A stretch of DNA of 64,000 bases from a bacterium. Its GTDB lineage: Bacteria; UBA10199; 2-02-FULL-50-16; JAJFLM01. The notes under the pieces were generated by a model. The model made no database searches, was not told the origin of the DNA, and was given only the letters and a program-made list of their open reading frames with translations. A program made the position numbers and the translations under genes. Below, in pieces: positions 28,787 through 38,173 of this stretch (positions within the stretch are counted from its first letter, which is position 1; every line of letters begins with the position of its first letter). The stretch covers positions 32,001 to 96,000 of the forward strand of contig CBDCFN010000016.1 in NCBI GenBank assembly GCA_965216315.1, in the 5' to 3' direction.

Positions 28787-29140
28787 ATGAAGCTAAAGGC
28801 ATTAATTATTTTGGGACTTACCGTTATCGGTATCAGTCTGTCGGCCAAGGCGAATGCCATGGGCATGATCTACTTTGAGCAGAATATTTCGAATCGGGGC
28901 TTGGTAACCTTTCAGACCGGGACGCCAACGAGCCCCATCATGAAGGAATCCGGCACCCAACGGTCCACTGAATTGCAAGACGCGATTGCGGAAGCCGGTG
29001 CGGATCTGAACGCGGAGACGAGAAATCAACTGACTCAGGTCTTAGCGACAGCAGTGGCAGGCGACAAACAGACGACCTTGGACGTGCTCAAGGCCGCGGT
29101 TGACGTTCTCAGTGCGGCGGAAGAAGAAGCCGGCTACTAA
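28787..29140 (+). CDS. 117-aa secreted hypothetical protein
   Basis: GAGGG RBS; Sec signal MKLKALIILGLTVIGISLSAKANA. Confidence 0.75.
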   Translation: MKLKALIILGLTVIGISLSAKANAMGMIYFEQNISNRGLVTFQTGTPTSPIMKESGTQRSTELQDAIAEAGADLNAETRNQLTQVLATAVAGDKQTTLDVLKAAVDVLSAAEEEAGY

Positions 29141-29198
29141 CCACGATATCTTCGTCTTGCCAGTAATCCCCAAAAATTGAATCATCCCGTTAAGTTAG

Positions 29199-29238
29199 CG
29201 ACAGGACCCGCCCTGAGATCTCAGGGCGGGTCCTGTCG
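29199..29238 (+). terminator. Perfect 40-bp palindrome, probable intrinsic terminator
   Basis: CGACAGGACCCGCCCTGAGA/TCTCAGGGCGGGTCCTGTCG followed by TTT. Confidence 0.7.
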
Positions 29239-29316
29239 TTTGAGGCTTGACAATATGTGGCCAATCACTAATGTCAGCGGGTTGGTTTTGGGTTTACACG
29301 ATTTAAGGAGTAGCAG

Positions 29317-29559
29317 TTGGCAACACGTATACGTTTAGCGCGCTACGGTTCGAAAAAGAATCCCTACTACCGCGTTGTGGTGGCGGATCAGCGCGTGGCC
29401 CGAGGTGGGCGTTTCATAGAAATCGTTGGTCATTATGATCCCAAACAGGGGATAGAAAAAGCGGATCTCAAAGAAGACCGTGTTCGGCATTGGCTTGCCT
29501 GTGGGGCTCAGCCGAGTGATACGGCGAAACAAATCATCCGCAAAAGACTCCCTAATTGA
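29317..29559 (+). CDS. rpsP: 30S ribosomal protein S16
   Basis: [20 protein letters not shown]...GRFIE.VG.YDP, GAQPSDT. Confidence 0.97.
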   Translation: MATRIRLARYGSKKNPYYRVVVADQRVARGGRFIEIVGHYDPKQGIEKADLKEDRVRHWLACGAQPSDTAKQIIRKRLPN

Positions 29560-29590
29560 GTCTCGACCGCTGAATTTGCAGGAGGTTGCT

Positions 29591-29821
29591 ATGAAGGAGC
29601 TGATCGATACTATCGCGAGGGCACTCGTCGATGATTCGGATGCCGTAGAGGTCAGTGAAGTGGTAGGAGAACAGACCACTGTTATCGAGCTGAAGGTTTC
29701 CAAGGAAGATATCGGCAAGGTGATTGGCAAGCAGGGGCGGACAGCTCGAGCGATGCGGACCATTCTTGGGGCGGCATCGACTAAAGTCGGTAAACGGACC
29801 GTCCTAGAAATCCTCGAGTAG
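29591..29821 (+). CDS. khpA: KH-domain RNA-binding protein
   Basis: [25 protein letters not shown]; position after rpsP. Confidence 0.93.
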   Translation: MKELIDTIARALVDDSDAVEVSEVVGEQTTVIELKVSKEDIGKVIGKQGRTARAMRTILGAASTKVGKRTVLEILE

Positions 29822-29845
29822 GGGCCGAGCAAGCGCCGTCCCTAC
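29818..29845. repeat. 28-bp GTAG-family REP-like element supplying the khpA stop codon
   Basis: GTAGGGGC-CGAGCAAGCGCC-GTCCCTAC. Confidence 0.65.
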
Positions 29846-29859
29846 GACGATTATCATTC

Positions 29860-30567
29860 ATGTTGCAATTTGATGTCCTCACGATTTTTCCGGAGATAAT
29901 TTCGCGGACAGTACAGACGAGTCTTCTCGGCAAGGCCTGTGATCAAGGTTTGGTGGCGGTGAATGCCCATGACATCCGCGATTATACCGATGACAAACAT
30001 CGGCGCGTCGATGATGTTCCCTACGGGGGCGGTCCCGGTATGGTGATGCAGGTTGAGCCATTGGTCCGCGGTCTTGAGGCCGTGGCGCAGTCGGCAGGGC
30101 GTGTGCGGCGCATCTTGCTGTCGCCCCGCGGACGAACCTTTTCTCAGTCAAAGGCAGCGTCGCTCCAGACGCAGGATCAAATTGTCCTGATTTGTGGCCG
30201 TTATGAAGGCGTGGATGAACGCGTGTTGGACTACGTTGATGAAGAGCTCTCTATTGGTGATTATATCCTCTCGGGAGGGGAATTTGCCGCTTTGGTCGTC
30301 ATTGATGCCGTTTCACGGCTGATTCCCGGCGTTGTGGGGGACCCGGCTTCACTCAATGAAGAAAGTTTTGTAGGGGCGATTCATGAATCGCCCCTACTGG
30401 AATATCCCCAATATACGCGACCCCGCGAATTCAGAGGGAAAATCGTGCCGGATGTCCTGCTGAGTGGGGACCATGCCAAAATCGAGATCTGGAGGAAAGA
30501 GCAGGCCAAGAGTCTGACCGAGGCTCGAAGGCCTGATTTACTGCTAGACAAGCCCAAACGTCTCTGA
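29860..30567 (+). CDS. trmD: tRNA (guanine37-N1)-methyltransferase
   Basis: VDDVPYGGGPGMV, CGRYEGVDER, SIGDYILSGGE, LLEYPQYTRP. Confidence 0.97.
   Translation: MLQFDVLTIFPEIISRTVQTSLLGKACDQGLVAVNAHDIRDYTDDKHRRVDDVPYGGGPGMVMQVEPLVRGLEAVAQSAGRVRRILLSPRGRTFSQSKAASLQTQDQIVLICGRYEGVDERVLDYVDEELSIGDYILSGGEFAALVVIDAVSRLIPGVVGDPASLNEESFVGAIHESPLLEYPQYTRPREFRGKIVPDVLLSGDHAKIEIWRKEQAKSLTEARRPDLLLDKPKRL
30370..30397. repeat. Perfect 28-bp REP-like palindrome in frame within trmD
   Basis: GTAGGGGCGATTCATGAATCGCCCCTAC, read as VGAIHESPL. Confidence 0.85.
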
Positions 30568-30599
30568 TACCAAAACCCCCTTAATTTAAGGGTATTATC

Positions 30600-31013
30600 A
30601 TGCATCGTCTCCAACACATAGAACGGGAATACGAGAAGAAGAAAATCCTGCCTTTCAAGGCCGGTGATAAGGTCCGCGTCCACACCCGCATCAAGGAAGG
30701 CAATCGGGAGCGGATCCAGGTCTATGAGGGGGTGGTGATACGTCTTCATGGTGCCGGGACGCGTCGGACGATGACCGTTCGTAAGGTTTCCTACGGTGTT
30801 GGGGTGGAGAGAATCTTTCCCGTCCATTCTCCCTCCATCGCTCAAGTCGAGTTTGTGTCACGTGGTAAGGTTCGTCGCAGTCGTATCTATTACATGCGTG
30901 AGCGCTTCGGTAAAAAGGCGCGGATGGAACGTGATATGCGCATTGCGATGGCGGATATGAGTTCAACGACCGAAGACGATGACAAGCCGGCAGAAGAACC
31001 AAAGAGCGAATAG
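30600..31013 (+). CDS. rplS: 50S ribosomal protein L19
   Basis: GDKVRVH..IKEG.RERIQ.YEGVVI, GVGVERIFP.HSP, RGKVRR. Confidence 0.97.
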   Translation: MHRLQHIEREYEKKKILPFKAGDKVRVHTRIKEGNRERIQVYEGVVIRLHGAGTRRTMTVRKVSYGVGVERIFPVHSPSIAQVEFVSRGKVRRSRIYYMRERFGKKARMERDMRIAMADMSSTTEDDDKPAEEPKSE

Positions 31014-31617
31014 CCTTTCTTCGCTCGAATCCTCGCTGATTGATTCAGGAATAAATAAACTCGCAGGCGTTGATGAAGTGGGACGTGGCTGTTTGGCCGG
31101 ACCGGTTGTCGCCGCTTGCGTCGTTTTACCCGATACGGGTGACCAGCCGGTCGCTGCTCCATGGGATCAAATTACCGATTCCAAATTACTCACCCCCAAA
31201 CGACGTGAAGAATTGTATGACGAGATCTGTAGTGGCTCTCTGTGGTCGGTCGCCGCTATCGAGCCTGCGGAGATCGACCAAATTAATATTCACTACGCTA
31301 GTCTTAAGGCGATGCGGCAGGCCGTTGAGCAGATTTCTCCTCAGCCCGACTATCTCTTAGTCGATGGACGTTTTCCTATCGAGATAGATCTTCCGCAACG
31401 AGCCGTCATTAAGGGAGATCGTGAATGTCGGGTGATTGGGGCCGCGAGTATCATCGCTAAAGTATGGCGGGATCGATTGATGGTGCGCTTCCAAGCGGAT
31501 TATCCGCACTTTGGGTTCGAGCAACATAAAGGTTACGGGACGGCACAGCACCGGAATGAGCTGAAACGCCATGGCCCGACAGAAATTCACCGCAAATCAT
31601 TTAAAGGGGTTACTTAA
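30979..31617 (+). CDS. rnhB: Ribonuclease HII
   Basis: AGVDEVGRGCLAGPV, DSK, KGD, AASIIAKV.RD, HKGYGT; start uncertain. Confidence 0.95.
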   Translation: MTSRQKNQRANSLSSLESSLIDSGINKLAGVDEVGRGCLAGPVVAACVVLPDTGDQPVAAPWDQITDSKLLTPKRREELYDEICSGSLWSVAAIEPAEIDQINIHYASLKAMRQAVEQISPQPDYLLVDGRFPIEIDLPQRAVIKGDRECRVIGAASIIAKVWRDRLMVRFQADYPHFGFEQHKGYGTAQHRNELKRHGPTEIHRKSFKGVT

Positions 31618-33058
31618 AGTTTCGCGTCTTGGACTCGCGCGCCCAGATAAAGTCAACCGCCTTCATCGCTCCTTGAAGTCGGCCCCCGAGGCCCAGCCAA
31701 CTCAATTGATCAGGGCCCAGTGTTAAGAGATTTTCATAAGGCGTCTTGAGTCCCGGAAAGCTAAACGAAGGTGGAAAACGCGGGGCGCGTTCCGCTTCTT
31801 CTAGGAAACGGGAGTAGTCCTGGCGTGGATCATCAAAGAGGTCCCCTTGATTGGTCGACGTGATCGGAAAGATCCGGCGAAGCCGGCCTTGAGCAAAAGG
31901 CATCAACGCGCGTAATTTCGTTTCGATCTCGTCGTGGCGGGTCTCAAATCCGTCGACAATGGCCGCTGTGTCATCGATGGTTTCATCCGCCGGTAAGAAA
32001 TAGGTGACGTGTAACAGGGTATCTTCCTGAGCATCCGGTGGATCCGGCAAGGGAATGACCTGGACCCTGAAATAATTGGTTCCGATGAGCGGGGCCTTTT
32101 CATCTTGAATCACAAGGGCGTCTTGGCACATGGGCTCCGGGATGATCTCGGAGCTGGTCAGGAATTGAACGCTGAATTCTCGAGAGGACGGGTTACGGTT
32201 CATCATGCGACAATAACGCTTCGTACGAAAAGTGCGTGGCAAGTGGGCCAGCAGATCCATGATAGAATCATTTGAAATGAGATAGCGGCAACGGGTGGTA
32301 AAATGATAGCCGTCGAAGGCAATGCCCTTGATGCGCGACGAATCCGTTTCAAACTCATAATCATTAGGGTGATCCGGTAAGACCGTACCACCGTAGTATT
32401 CCACTTTTTCTAGGAACATTCGCTTGAGTTCATTCCACCCCCCTTTAACCATGACAGTGCTGCGGGCCTCTTCAGTTAACAAGGAGAAGGGCTGGAATGA
32501 ATCGGCAAAGCTCGTCGGATTTCCCGCCAAAAAGAGGATCCAGGCCTTGAATAAGGCCTGCATCGGGACAGGCAGTTTTTGCAGCTCTTCGGTCCAGCGG
32601 GGCCAGCCGTAGTCGCTTTTTTGTTTGAGAAAGCGACGTCGTTCACGCCAGGTCGCCCAGGGAATCAGGCCCAGCAATGGACCCGCCTCGTAGTTGTAGG
32701 TTTCTTCGATCTCTTCGAATAACTTGCGGGCCCAATCAAGGTGGTAGGGAAACTCTCTCCGGATTTCCTGTAATAAGTGTTCGGTATTGGCGCTGACGTC
32801 AATTCGGTGTCCGGGCAATATCACCTGAAAACCGATTTTGTTCTTACGCAGGGCACGCATGCGTCCTTCTGCGATTCCCATTTTACCGACAATGGATTTG
32901 AAAAGGCGTGATTCAAGACCCGCCAAACTGATGGGGCGTTCGGGCGCGGGACGATCGACGACTAAGACGTTGAGTCCGCGTTTGGCGAGCAGGCTGCCCG
33001 CGGTTATGCCGGAGAGATCGTCCCCTAAGACCACTAAATCCGCAAAGTTTACAGACAT
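31610..33058 (-). CDS. FAD-dependent oxidoreductase-like protein (phytoene desaturase-like, degenerate Rossmann motif)
   Basis: DLVVLGDDLSGITAG.LLAKRG..VLVVD; C-terminal KTPYENLL..G. Confidence 0.6.
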   Translation of the reverse strand: MSVNFADLVVLGDDLSGITAGSLLAKRGLNVLVVDRPAPERPISLAGLESRLFKSIVGKMGIAEGRMRALRKNKIGFQVILPGHRIDVSANTEHLLQEIRREFPYHLDWARKLFEEIEETYNYEAGPLLGLIPWATWRERRRFLKQKSDYGWPRWTEELQKLPVPMQALFKAWILFLAGNPTSFADSFQPFSLLTEEARSTVMVKGGWNELKRMFLEKVEYYGGTVLPDHPNDYEFETDSSRIKGIAFDGYHFTTRCRYLISNDSIMDLLAHLPRTFRTKRYCRMMNRNPSSREFSVQFLTSSEIIPEPMCQDALVIQDEKAPLIGTNYFRVQVIPLPDPPDAQEDTLLHVTYFLPADETIDDTAAIVDGFETRHDEIETKLRALMPFAQGRLRRIFPITSTNQGDLFDDPRQDYSRFLEEAERAPRFPPSFSFPGLKTPYENLLTLGPDQLSWLGLGGRLQGAMKAVDFIWARESKTRNFK

Positions 33059-33095
33059 AATAGGGGCTCGCTGCGTAGATCCTTCCTATATGTAT

Positions 33096-33674
33096 CTAAA
33101 AATGAAATGCCACATTGGCCATTAAGCTATACGGAAATATTGCTGAGCTGGCACTCGGGGTCCCGAAATCCGAGATGATCCCGATGGTGCGAAAGACCCC
33201 CTCGAACCCGGCGGAGATGGTTTCGCTGAAAAAGTAGTCAAAGCCGACGCCGAGATTGGTTCCGACGCCGATGCCCCCCGTATTGTCGCTGACGGAACCT
33301 TCCGTTAGAAAGTAGACCCCCGTACCGAGTTTCACAAAGGGGTCAAAGCGGGGATCCCCTGACAAGAAAAAGAACTTTAGGTCTAACGTGGGCATGCCGA
33401 GTAAGAGCATGCCGCTGTCACCGGACGAAACATTCGTGCCACTTTGTCGGGTAATGAAAAAGCCCGCCTGGAAGGCGAATTGTTCGGCAAAGCGGTATTG
33501 GAAGTACGTGAAGCCACCGATGCCCGGATTCATGACCGGAATGGTATCGATTAAGTAAATGTTGCCCATCGGTCCGATACCGACGGAAAAACCGCGCCGC
33601 GCTTCGGCAGGCGGTGCCATGACGAAACTTGAAAAAAGCACGGACGTGAGTAGACAGAGTAAAAATTTTTTCAT
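33096..33674 (-). CDS. Small outer-membrane beta-barrel protein
   Basis: Signal MKKFLL...AEA; alternating strands; C-terminal F. Confidence 0.75.
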   Translation of the reverse strand: MKKFLLCLLTSVLFSSFVMAPPAEARRGFSVGIGPMGNIYLIDTIPVMNPGIGGFTYFQYRFAEQFAFQAGFFITRQSGTNVSSGDSGMLLLGMPTLDLKFFFLSGDPRFDPFVKLGTGVYFLTEGSVSDNTGGIGVGTNLGVGFDYFFSETISAGFEGVFRTIGIISDFGTPSASSAIFPYSLMANVAFHF

Positions 33675-33684
33675 CGGGCCCCCT

Positions 33685-34296
33685 CTATAGGATACGGACC
33701 TTGCGTCCGTCAATTTTCAATCGATCTGCGCAAAAAAGTCGAATGGCTTCAGGAAGTAAGCGATGTTCTACCGCGTGGACGCGTTCGAGTAAAGATTCTT
33801 CTGTATCGTCTCCGTGGATCTCAACGGTCTCCTGAAGGATGATTGGGCCGGTATCGACGCCTTCATCAATAAAATGGACGGTGACGCCGGTGACCCGCGC
33901 TCCATAATCGATCGCCTGTTTGACGGCATGCAGCCCTGGAAAGGAGGGTAGCAACGCAGGATGAACATTGATGATGCGATGCCGGTATTCGCGGATAAAT
34001 TGAGAGGATAGGATGCGATCGAAGCCGGCGAGGACAATTCCCTTGGGGCTGATCTCGGCAAGTTTGGCGAGCAGAGCGGCTTCGAAGGATTGGCGGTCTT
34101 GATAATCTTGGTGAGACAAACAGAGGTTCGGGATATCCGCTGCATCGGCTCGTGTTAAGGCCTTCACGCCGGGTCGATTGGAGATAACAAGTGCAAGGCG
34201 CGCGCCTAATGATCCGTCACGTGTGGCATCAATGATGGCTTGGAGGTTGGTTCCGCTGCCGGATACCAGGACGGCGAGCTTTGGCGGCTCATTCAT
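33685..34296 (-). CDS. purN: Phosphoribosylglycinamide formyltransferase
   Basis: SGSGTNLQAII, NVHPALLPSFPG, GVTVHF.D.GVDTGPII. Confidence 0.96.
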   Translation of the reverse strand: MNEPPKLAVLVSGSGTNLQAIIDATRDGSLGARLALVISNRPGVKALTRADAADIPNLCLSHQDYQDRQSFEAALLAKLAEISPKGIVLAGFDRILSSQFIREYRHRIINVHPALLPSFPGLHAVKQAIDYGARVTGVTVHFIDEGVDTGPIILQETVEIHGDDTEESLLERVHAVEHRLLPEAIRLFCADRLKIDGRKVRIL

Positions 34297-35327
34297 ATGA
34301 GTTCTACGGCCTCCTGTCCGGCTTCACGGGCTTCGATAGTTCCGAGGTCCCACACGCTTTCTCCGCAGCTGGTGAGTTGATTGCTGACGGTGTCTCCTTG
34401 TTCGGCACCGGTTATCACGACGAGGCCAATGCCGTCGTTGAAGACGCGCACCATGTCTTGAGCGGAGAGAGAGCCCAATTCTTGGAAAAAATCAAAATGC
34501 TGTGGACGCTCCCAACGTGATCGGTCGAGTTGCAGTCGGCATTCGTCGGGGAGAATGCGCGGGATGTTGCCGATAAGACCTCCACCGGTGATGTGTGCCA
34601 GGCCATGGCACAGATCGGCGTCGAGCAGCGGGGCAATGATCGGGCCGTAGAGTCGGGTGGGCCGTGTCAATAGATCGGACAAGGTCGCATCCTCGCCCGG
34701 CGCCTTTGTTTCAAGATCGAGTTGTTGCTGGGCAATGATATGGCGAATGAGGGAGTAGCCATTGGAATGGAATCCACTTGAGGCCAAACCCAGTACGCGA
34801 TCTCCCGGCTGGATGCGAGAGCCATCCAGGACGCGGTCGGCCGCAACGACGCCGACTATAAAGCCGGCCATGTCAAAGTCACCGGGTTTGTAGACGCCGG
34901 GCATTTCGGCTGTTTCGCCGCCGACCAGGGCACAACCAATGGTTTGGCAGGCCGCGGCGATTCCTTTGATGATCCGGGCGGTACTGTCGACTTCAAGTTC
35001 GCCCGTGGCGTAATAATCGAGAAAAAAAAGCGGTCGGGCGCCTAGGCAGAGAATGTCATTGGCACACATGGCCACCAAGTCCTGGCCGATGCGATCCCAG
35101 TAGCCGGTTTCTTTGGTCAGCTCTAATTTGGTGCCGACCCCATCGGTGCCGGTCACGAGGAGGTTGCGTTGGCTGTCGATCGCGTCGATGGCGAACAGCG
35201 CCCCGTAGCCACCGTAGTTGCCGCGAACTTCTTTGCCGTGGGTCGCCTCGACAAAAGGCTTAATTTTGGCGACGAGTGCCTCGCCCGCATCGATATCAAC
35301 CCCGGCTTGTTTGTAGGACTCTGACAT
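34293..35327 (-). CDS. purM: Phosphoribosylformylglycinamidine cyclo-ligase
   Basis: YKQAGVDI, TDGVGTK, GGETAEMPG, SSGFHSNGYSL, HITGGG. Confidence 0.96.
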   Translation of the reverse strand: MSESYKQAGVDIDAGEALVAKIKPFVEATHGKEVRGNYGGYGALFAIDAIDSQRNLLVTGTDGVGTKLELTKETGYWDRIGQDLVAMCANDILCLGARPLFFLDYYATGELEVDSTARIIKGIAAACQTIGCALVGGETAEMPGVYKPGDFDMAGFIVGVVAADRVLDGSRIQPGDRVLGLASSGFHSNGYSLIRHIIAQQQLDLETKAPGEDATLSDLLTRPTRLYGPIIAPLLDADLCHGLAHITGGGLIGNIPRILPDECRLQLDRSRWERPQHFDFFQELGSLSAQDMVRVFNDGIGLVVITGAEQGDTVSNQLTSCGESVWDLGTIEAREAGQEAVELI

Positions 35328-35577
35328 GGTGAGGGCCACTCATAGGGTTTTGCGGGCTAAAATGCAATGGGAGGCCTCTTAAGGCGCCTCCCCAGGGTGA
35401 GAGGACGGCGTGCCTAAACAAGTAAGAAGTGTTAGAATATTGACCATATGGGTCCCCCTTGGGTTGAAGGCGAAAAGTCGGATGATTTCAGATATTTTGC
35501 CCTAGTTCGTCTTGCAACGGAATATTGACTGTGGTAGTTTTCACCCACCGTTCTCTCACGAGCGGATTGAGTCGACT

Positions 35578-36765
35578 ATGACGGCGAGCAAGCCTGCAAA
35601 AAAAGAAGAAAACCTCGAGCATCTCCTCGATAAGCTCGGCCATCTCGAACAACTCGCCGAGACACTTTCACGCGGCAAATATATGTGGGAGTCGACCTTT
35701 GATGCCATCGGGGATCCCGTGATGATTATCGACGAGGACTTCCAAATCCTTCGTGCCAACCTGGCGGCGGCAAATCAGTCGAATCAAGATATTCGGGCGA
35801 TGATTCATCGCAAATGTTACGAAGTCTTTGCGGGTCGCGATGATGTCTGTCCCTTGTGTCCTCTGGCCACGACCCTTAAGCGGAACGAACCCGGGACGAT
35901 TTGGGTCGATCAATTAATGAAGTCACGAGATTTTCAGGTGAGTTCCTATCCATATGAAGACCCCATCTCAGGGAAAAAAGCCGTCGTGCATCATTACCGC
36001 GAGGTAACAGATGAAAAACGTCTGCAACGCAAACTTGTACAGAGTGAAAAAATGGCGGCGCTTGGAATGCTGGCCGGTGGTGTGGCGCATGAGATTAACA
36101 ATCCTCTCGGTGGCATTTTGGCATTTGCCCAACTGATTATGCGGGATCTCGAAACGGATAATCCCTTGCGCGATGATGTTCAAGAGATTGAAAGCGCAGC
36201 ATTGCGTTGCAAAGAGATCGTTGAGAACTTATTGGAATTTTCACGCCAATCAGGTGATACCGAGAGCAAAGAAGTCGATATTAATAATACAGTAGAAAAA
36301 CTGTTGCCGCTGATTCGACTGCGACTGCGTTCGCAAAAAATCGAACTTAAAACCATATATGATGAGAAACAGCCGCGGGTCATGGGCTCTGGGACGCGTC
36401 TGCAGCAGGTCATTTTGAATCTCTTGACGAATGCCGCCCAAGCGATTGGGAGGGAAGGTTCGATTAAACTTGTCACGGAGGTCGATGACGATTCAGGGTT
36501 GGTCATGATTACGGTTGAAGACACCGGTCCGGGGATTTCCTCTGCCGACTTAGGGCGCATATTTGATCCGTTCTTTACGACTAAAGAGGCGGGGGATGGT
36601 ACGGGATTAGGTCTGTCGATATGCTATTCAATAATTTCTGAGCATCATGGACAGATAGATGTTCAAAGTGAAGTCGGCAAGGGAACGGTTTTTAAAATCT
36701 CGTTACCTTTGTTGAGTGAGGAAATGCCGGCATCTAAAAGTGATACAGTGGGGGGCGCCGGTTAA
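35578..36765 (+). CDS. Cytoplasmic PAS sensor histidine kinase
   Basis: PAS with CY...C..CP; AHEINNPL H-box; N, DTGPG, FFTTK, GTGLGL boxes. Confidence 0.92.
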   Translation: MTASKPAKKEENLEHLLDKLGHLEQLAETLSRGKYMWESTFDAIGDPVMIIDEDFQILRANLAAANQSNQDIRAMIHRKCYEVFAGRDDVCPLCPLATTLKRNEPGTIWVDQLMKSRDFQVSSYPYEDPISGKKAVVHHYREVTDEKRLQRKLVQSEKMAALGMLAGGVAHEINNPLGGILAFAQLIMRDLETDNPLRDDVQEIESAALRCKEIVENLLEFSRQSGDTESKEVDINNTVEKLLPLIRLRLRSQKIELKTIYDEKQPRVMGSGTRLQQVILNLLTNAAQAIGREGSIKLVTEVDDDSGLVMITVEDTGPGISSADLGRIFDPFFTTKEAGDGTGLGLSICYSIISEHHGQIDVQSEVGKGTVFKISLPLLSEEMPASKSDTVGGAG

Positions 36766-38171
36766 TGGTTAAAGCAGAAGGCAAAAAAGATAGGGGGCGG
36801 ATACTCGTCATCGATGATGAAGAAGTCATCCGGAAGGCATTGTCGCGTTATTTAGAGGCGGAAGGCTATGAAGTATTATTAGCGCGTGATGGCAAAGAAG
36901 GTCTCGCGCGCTTTAGTGAGGGAGGGGTTGATCTCGCATTAGTGGACTTAATGATGCCTGAGGTTTCGGGGCATGATGTCGTCAAGGCGATGCGCAAACA
37001 GGCCCCTGACGCTTTAGCGATTATTATGACAGCATACGGGACTATTCCGAGCGCTGTTGATGCGATCCGCTCCGGTGCTTATCACTATGTAACCAAACCA
37101 TTTGAACTGGATGAAATCGGGACTTTAATCAAGAAGGCCCTCGATTATCGTCGAGTCATGGAAGAGAATGTTGAGCTCAAACGTAAACTGGAGCAGCGCG
37201 ATCACTTTGACAAATTTGTGGGTCAGAGTTCACAAATTCGCCAGGTTTTCGACATCGTATCAAAAGTTGCCGAGACCGACAGTACGGTCTTGATCCTCGG
37301 TGAATCCGGGACGGGCAAAGAACTGGTCGCGCGTTCTATCCATGAGCAATCAGCGCGTCGAAAAAAACCGTTGATCGCAATCAATTGTGCGGCCATGCCC
37401 GAGGGTTTGTTGGAGAGCGAGTTCTTTGGTCACGTCAAGGGAGCTTTTACGGGGGCGGCAAGCAACCGGGAAGGGAAATTTTCTCAAGCCGACGGTGGCA
37501 CCATCTTTTTAGATGAAATTGCCGATATGAGTCCCAAACTCCAAGTAAAGCTACTGCGTGTGTTGCAAGAAAGACACTTTGAGCCGGTTGGTTCTAACGA
37601 AGTTAAAGAAGTCGATGTCCGTGTGATAGCGGCGACTAACAAAAACCTCGAAAAAATGGTGCAGGATGGGTCTTTCCGAGAGGATTTGTATTATCGTCTC
37701 AATGTAATTCCTATTGAAATTCCACCACTCAGGGAAAGGAAATCAGACATTCCTCTGCTGATGCAGTATTTCCTGGAACGCTTTAGCAGTCAGAATGGTG
37801 TCGAAAAAATCGCAACAGATTCGGAAGTAAAAAAATGTTTATTGGATTATTCGTGGCCCGGTAATGTGCGTGAGCTTGAGAATATGATGGAGCGTCTTGT
37901 CGTGTTGAATCACTCAGGTAATATTACCATGGAAGATCTGCCTCCGACTCTATGGAGCGGGATGGTTATGAATACGGTGCCTCAGATGGATATTCCCGAT
38001 GATGGCGTTTCTTTTAAAGACCTCGTCAATAATTACGAAAGAGATCTAATCGTGAGCGCTCTTAATAAGACGGAGTGGAATAAAAATCAGGCGGCTAATT
38101 TGTTGGGGCTGAACCGCACAACGCTTATTGAAAAAATAAAAAAACAAGGAATTGTTCGTAGTGAGAACTGA
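36765..38171 (+). CDS. Sigma-54-dependent response regulator (NtrC family)
   Basis: REC (DDE, D, KPF), GESGTGKE, GAFTGA, HTH. Confidence 0.94.
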   Translation: MVKAEGKKDRGRILVIDDEEVIRKALSRYLEAEGYEVLLARDGKEGLARFSEGGVDLALVDLMMPEVSGHDVVKAMRKQAPDALAIIMTAYGTIPSAVDAIRSGAYHYVTKPFELDEIGTLIKKALDYRRVMEENVELKRKLEQRDHFDKFVGQSSQIRQVFDIVSKVAETDSTVLILGESGTGKELVARSIHEQSARRKKPLIAINCAAMPEGLLESEFFGHVKGAFTGAASNREGKFSQADGGTIFLDEIADMSPKLQVKLLRVLQERHFEPVGSNEVKEVDVRVIAATNKNLEKMVQDGSFREDLYYRLNVIPIEIPPLRERKSDIPLLMQYFLERFSSQNGVEKIATDSEVKKCLLDYSWPGNVRELENMMERLVVLNHSGNITMEDLPPTLWSGMVMNTVPQMDIPDDGVSFKDLVNNYERDLIVSALNKTEWNKNQAANLLGLNRTTLIEKIKKQGIVRSEN

Positions 38172-38173
38172 TA

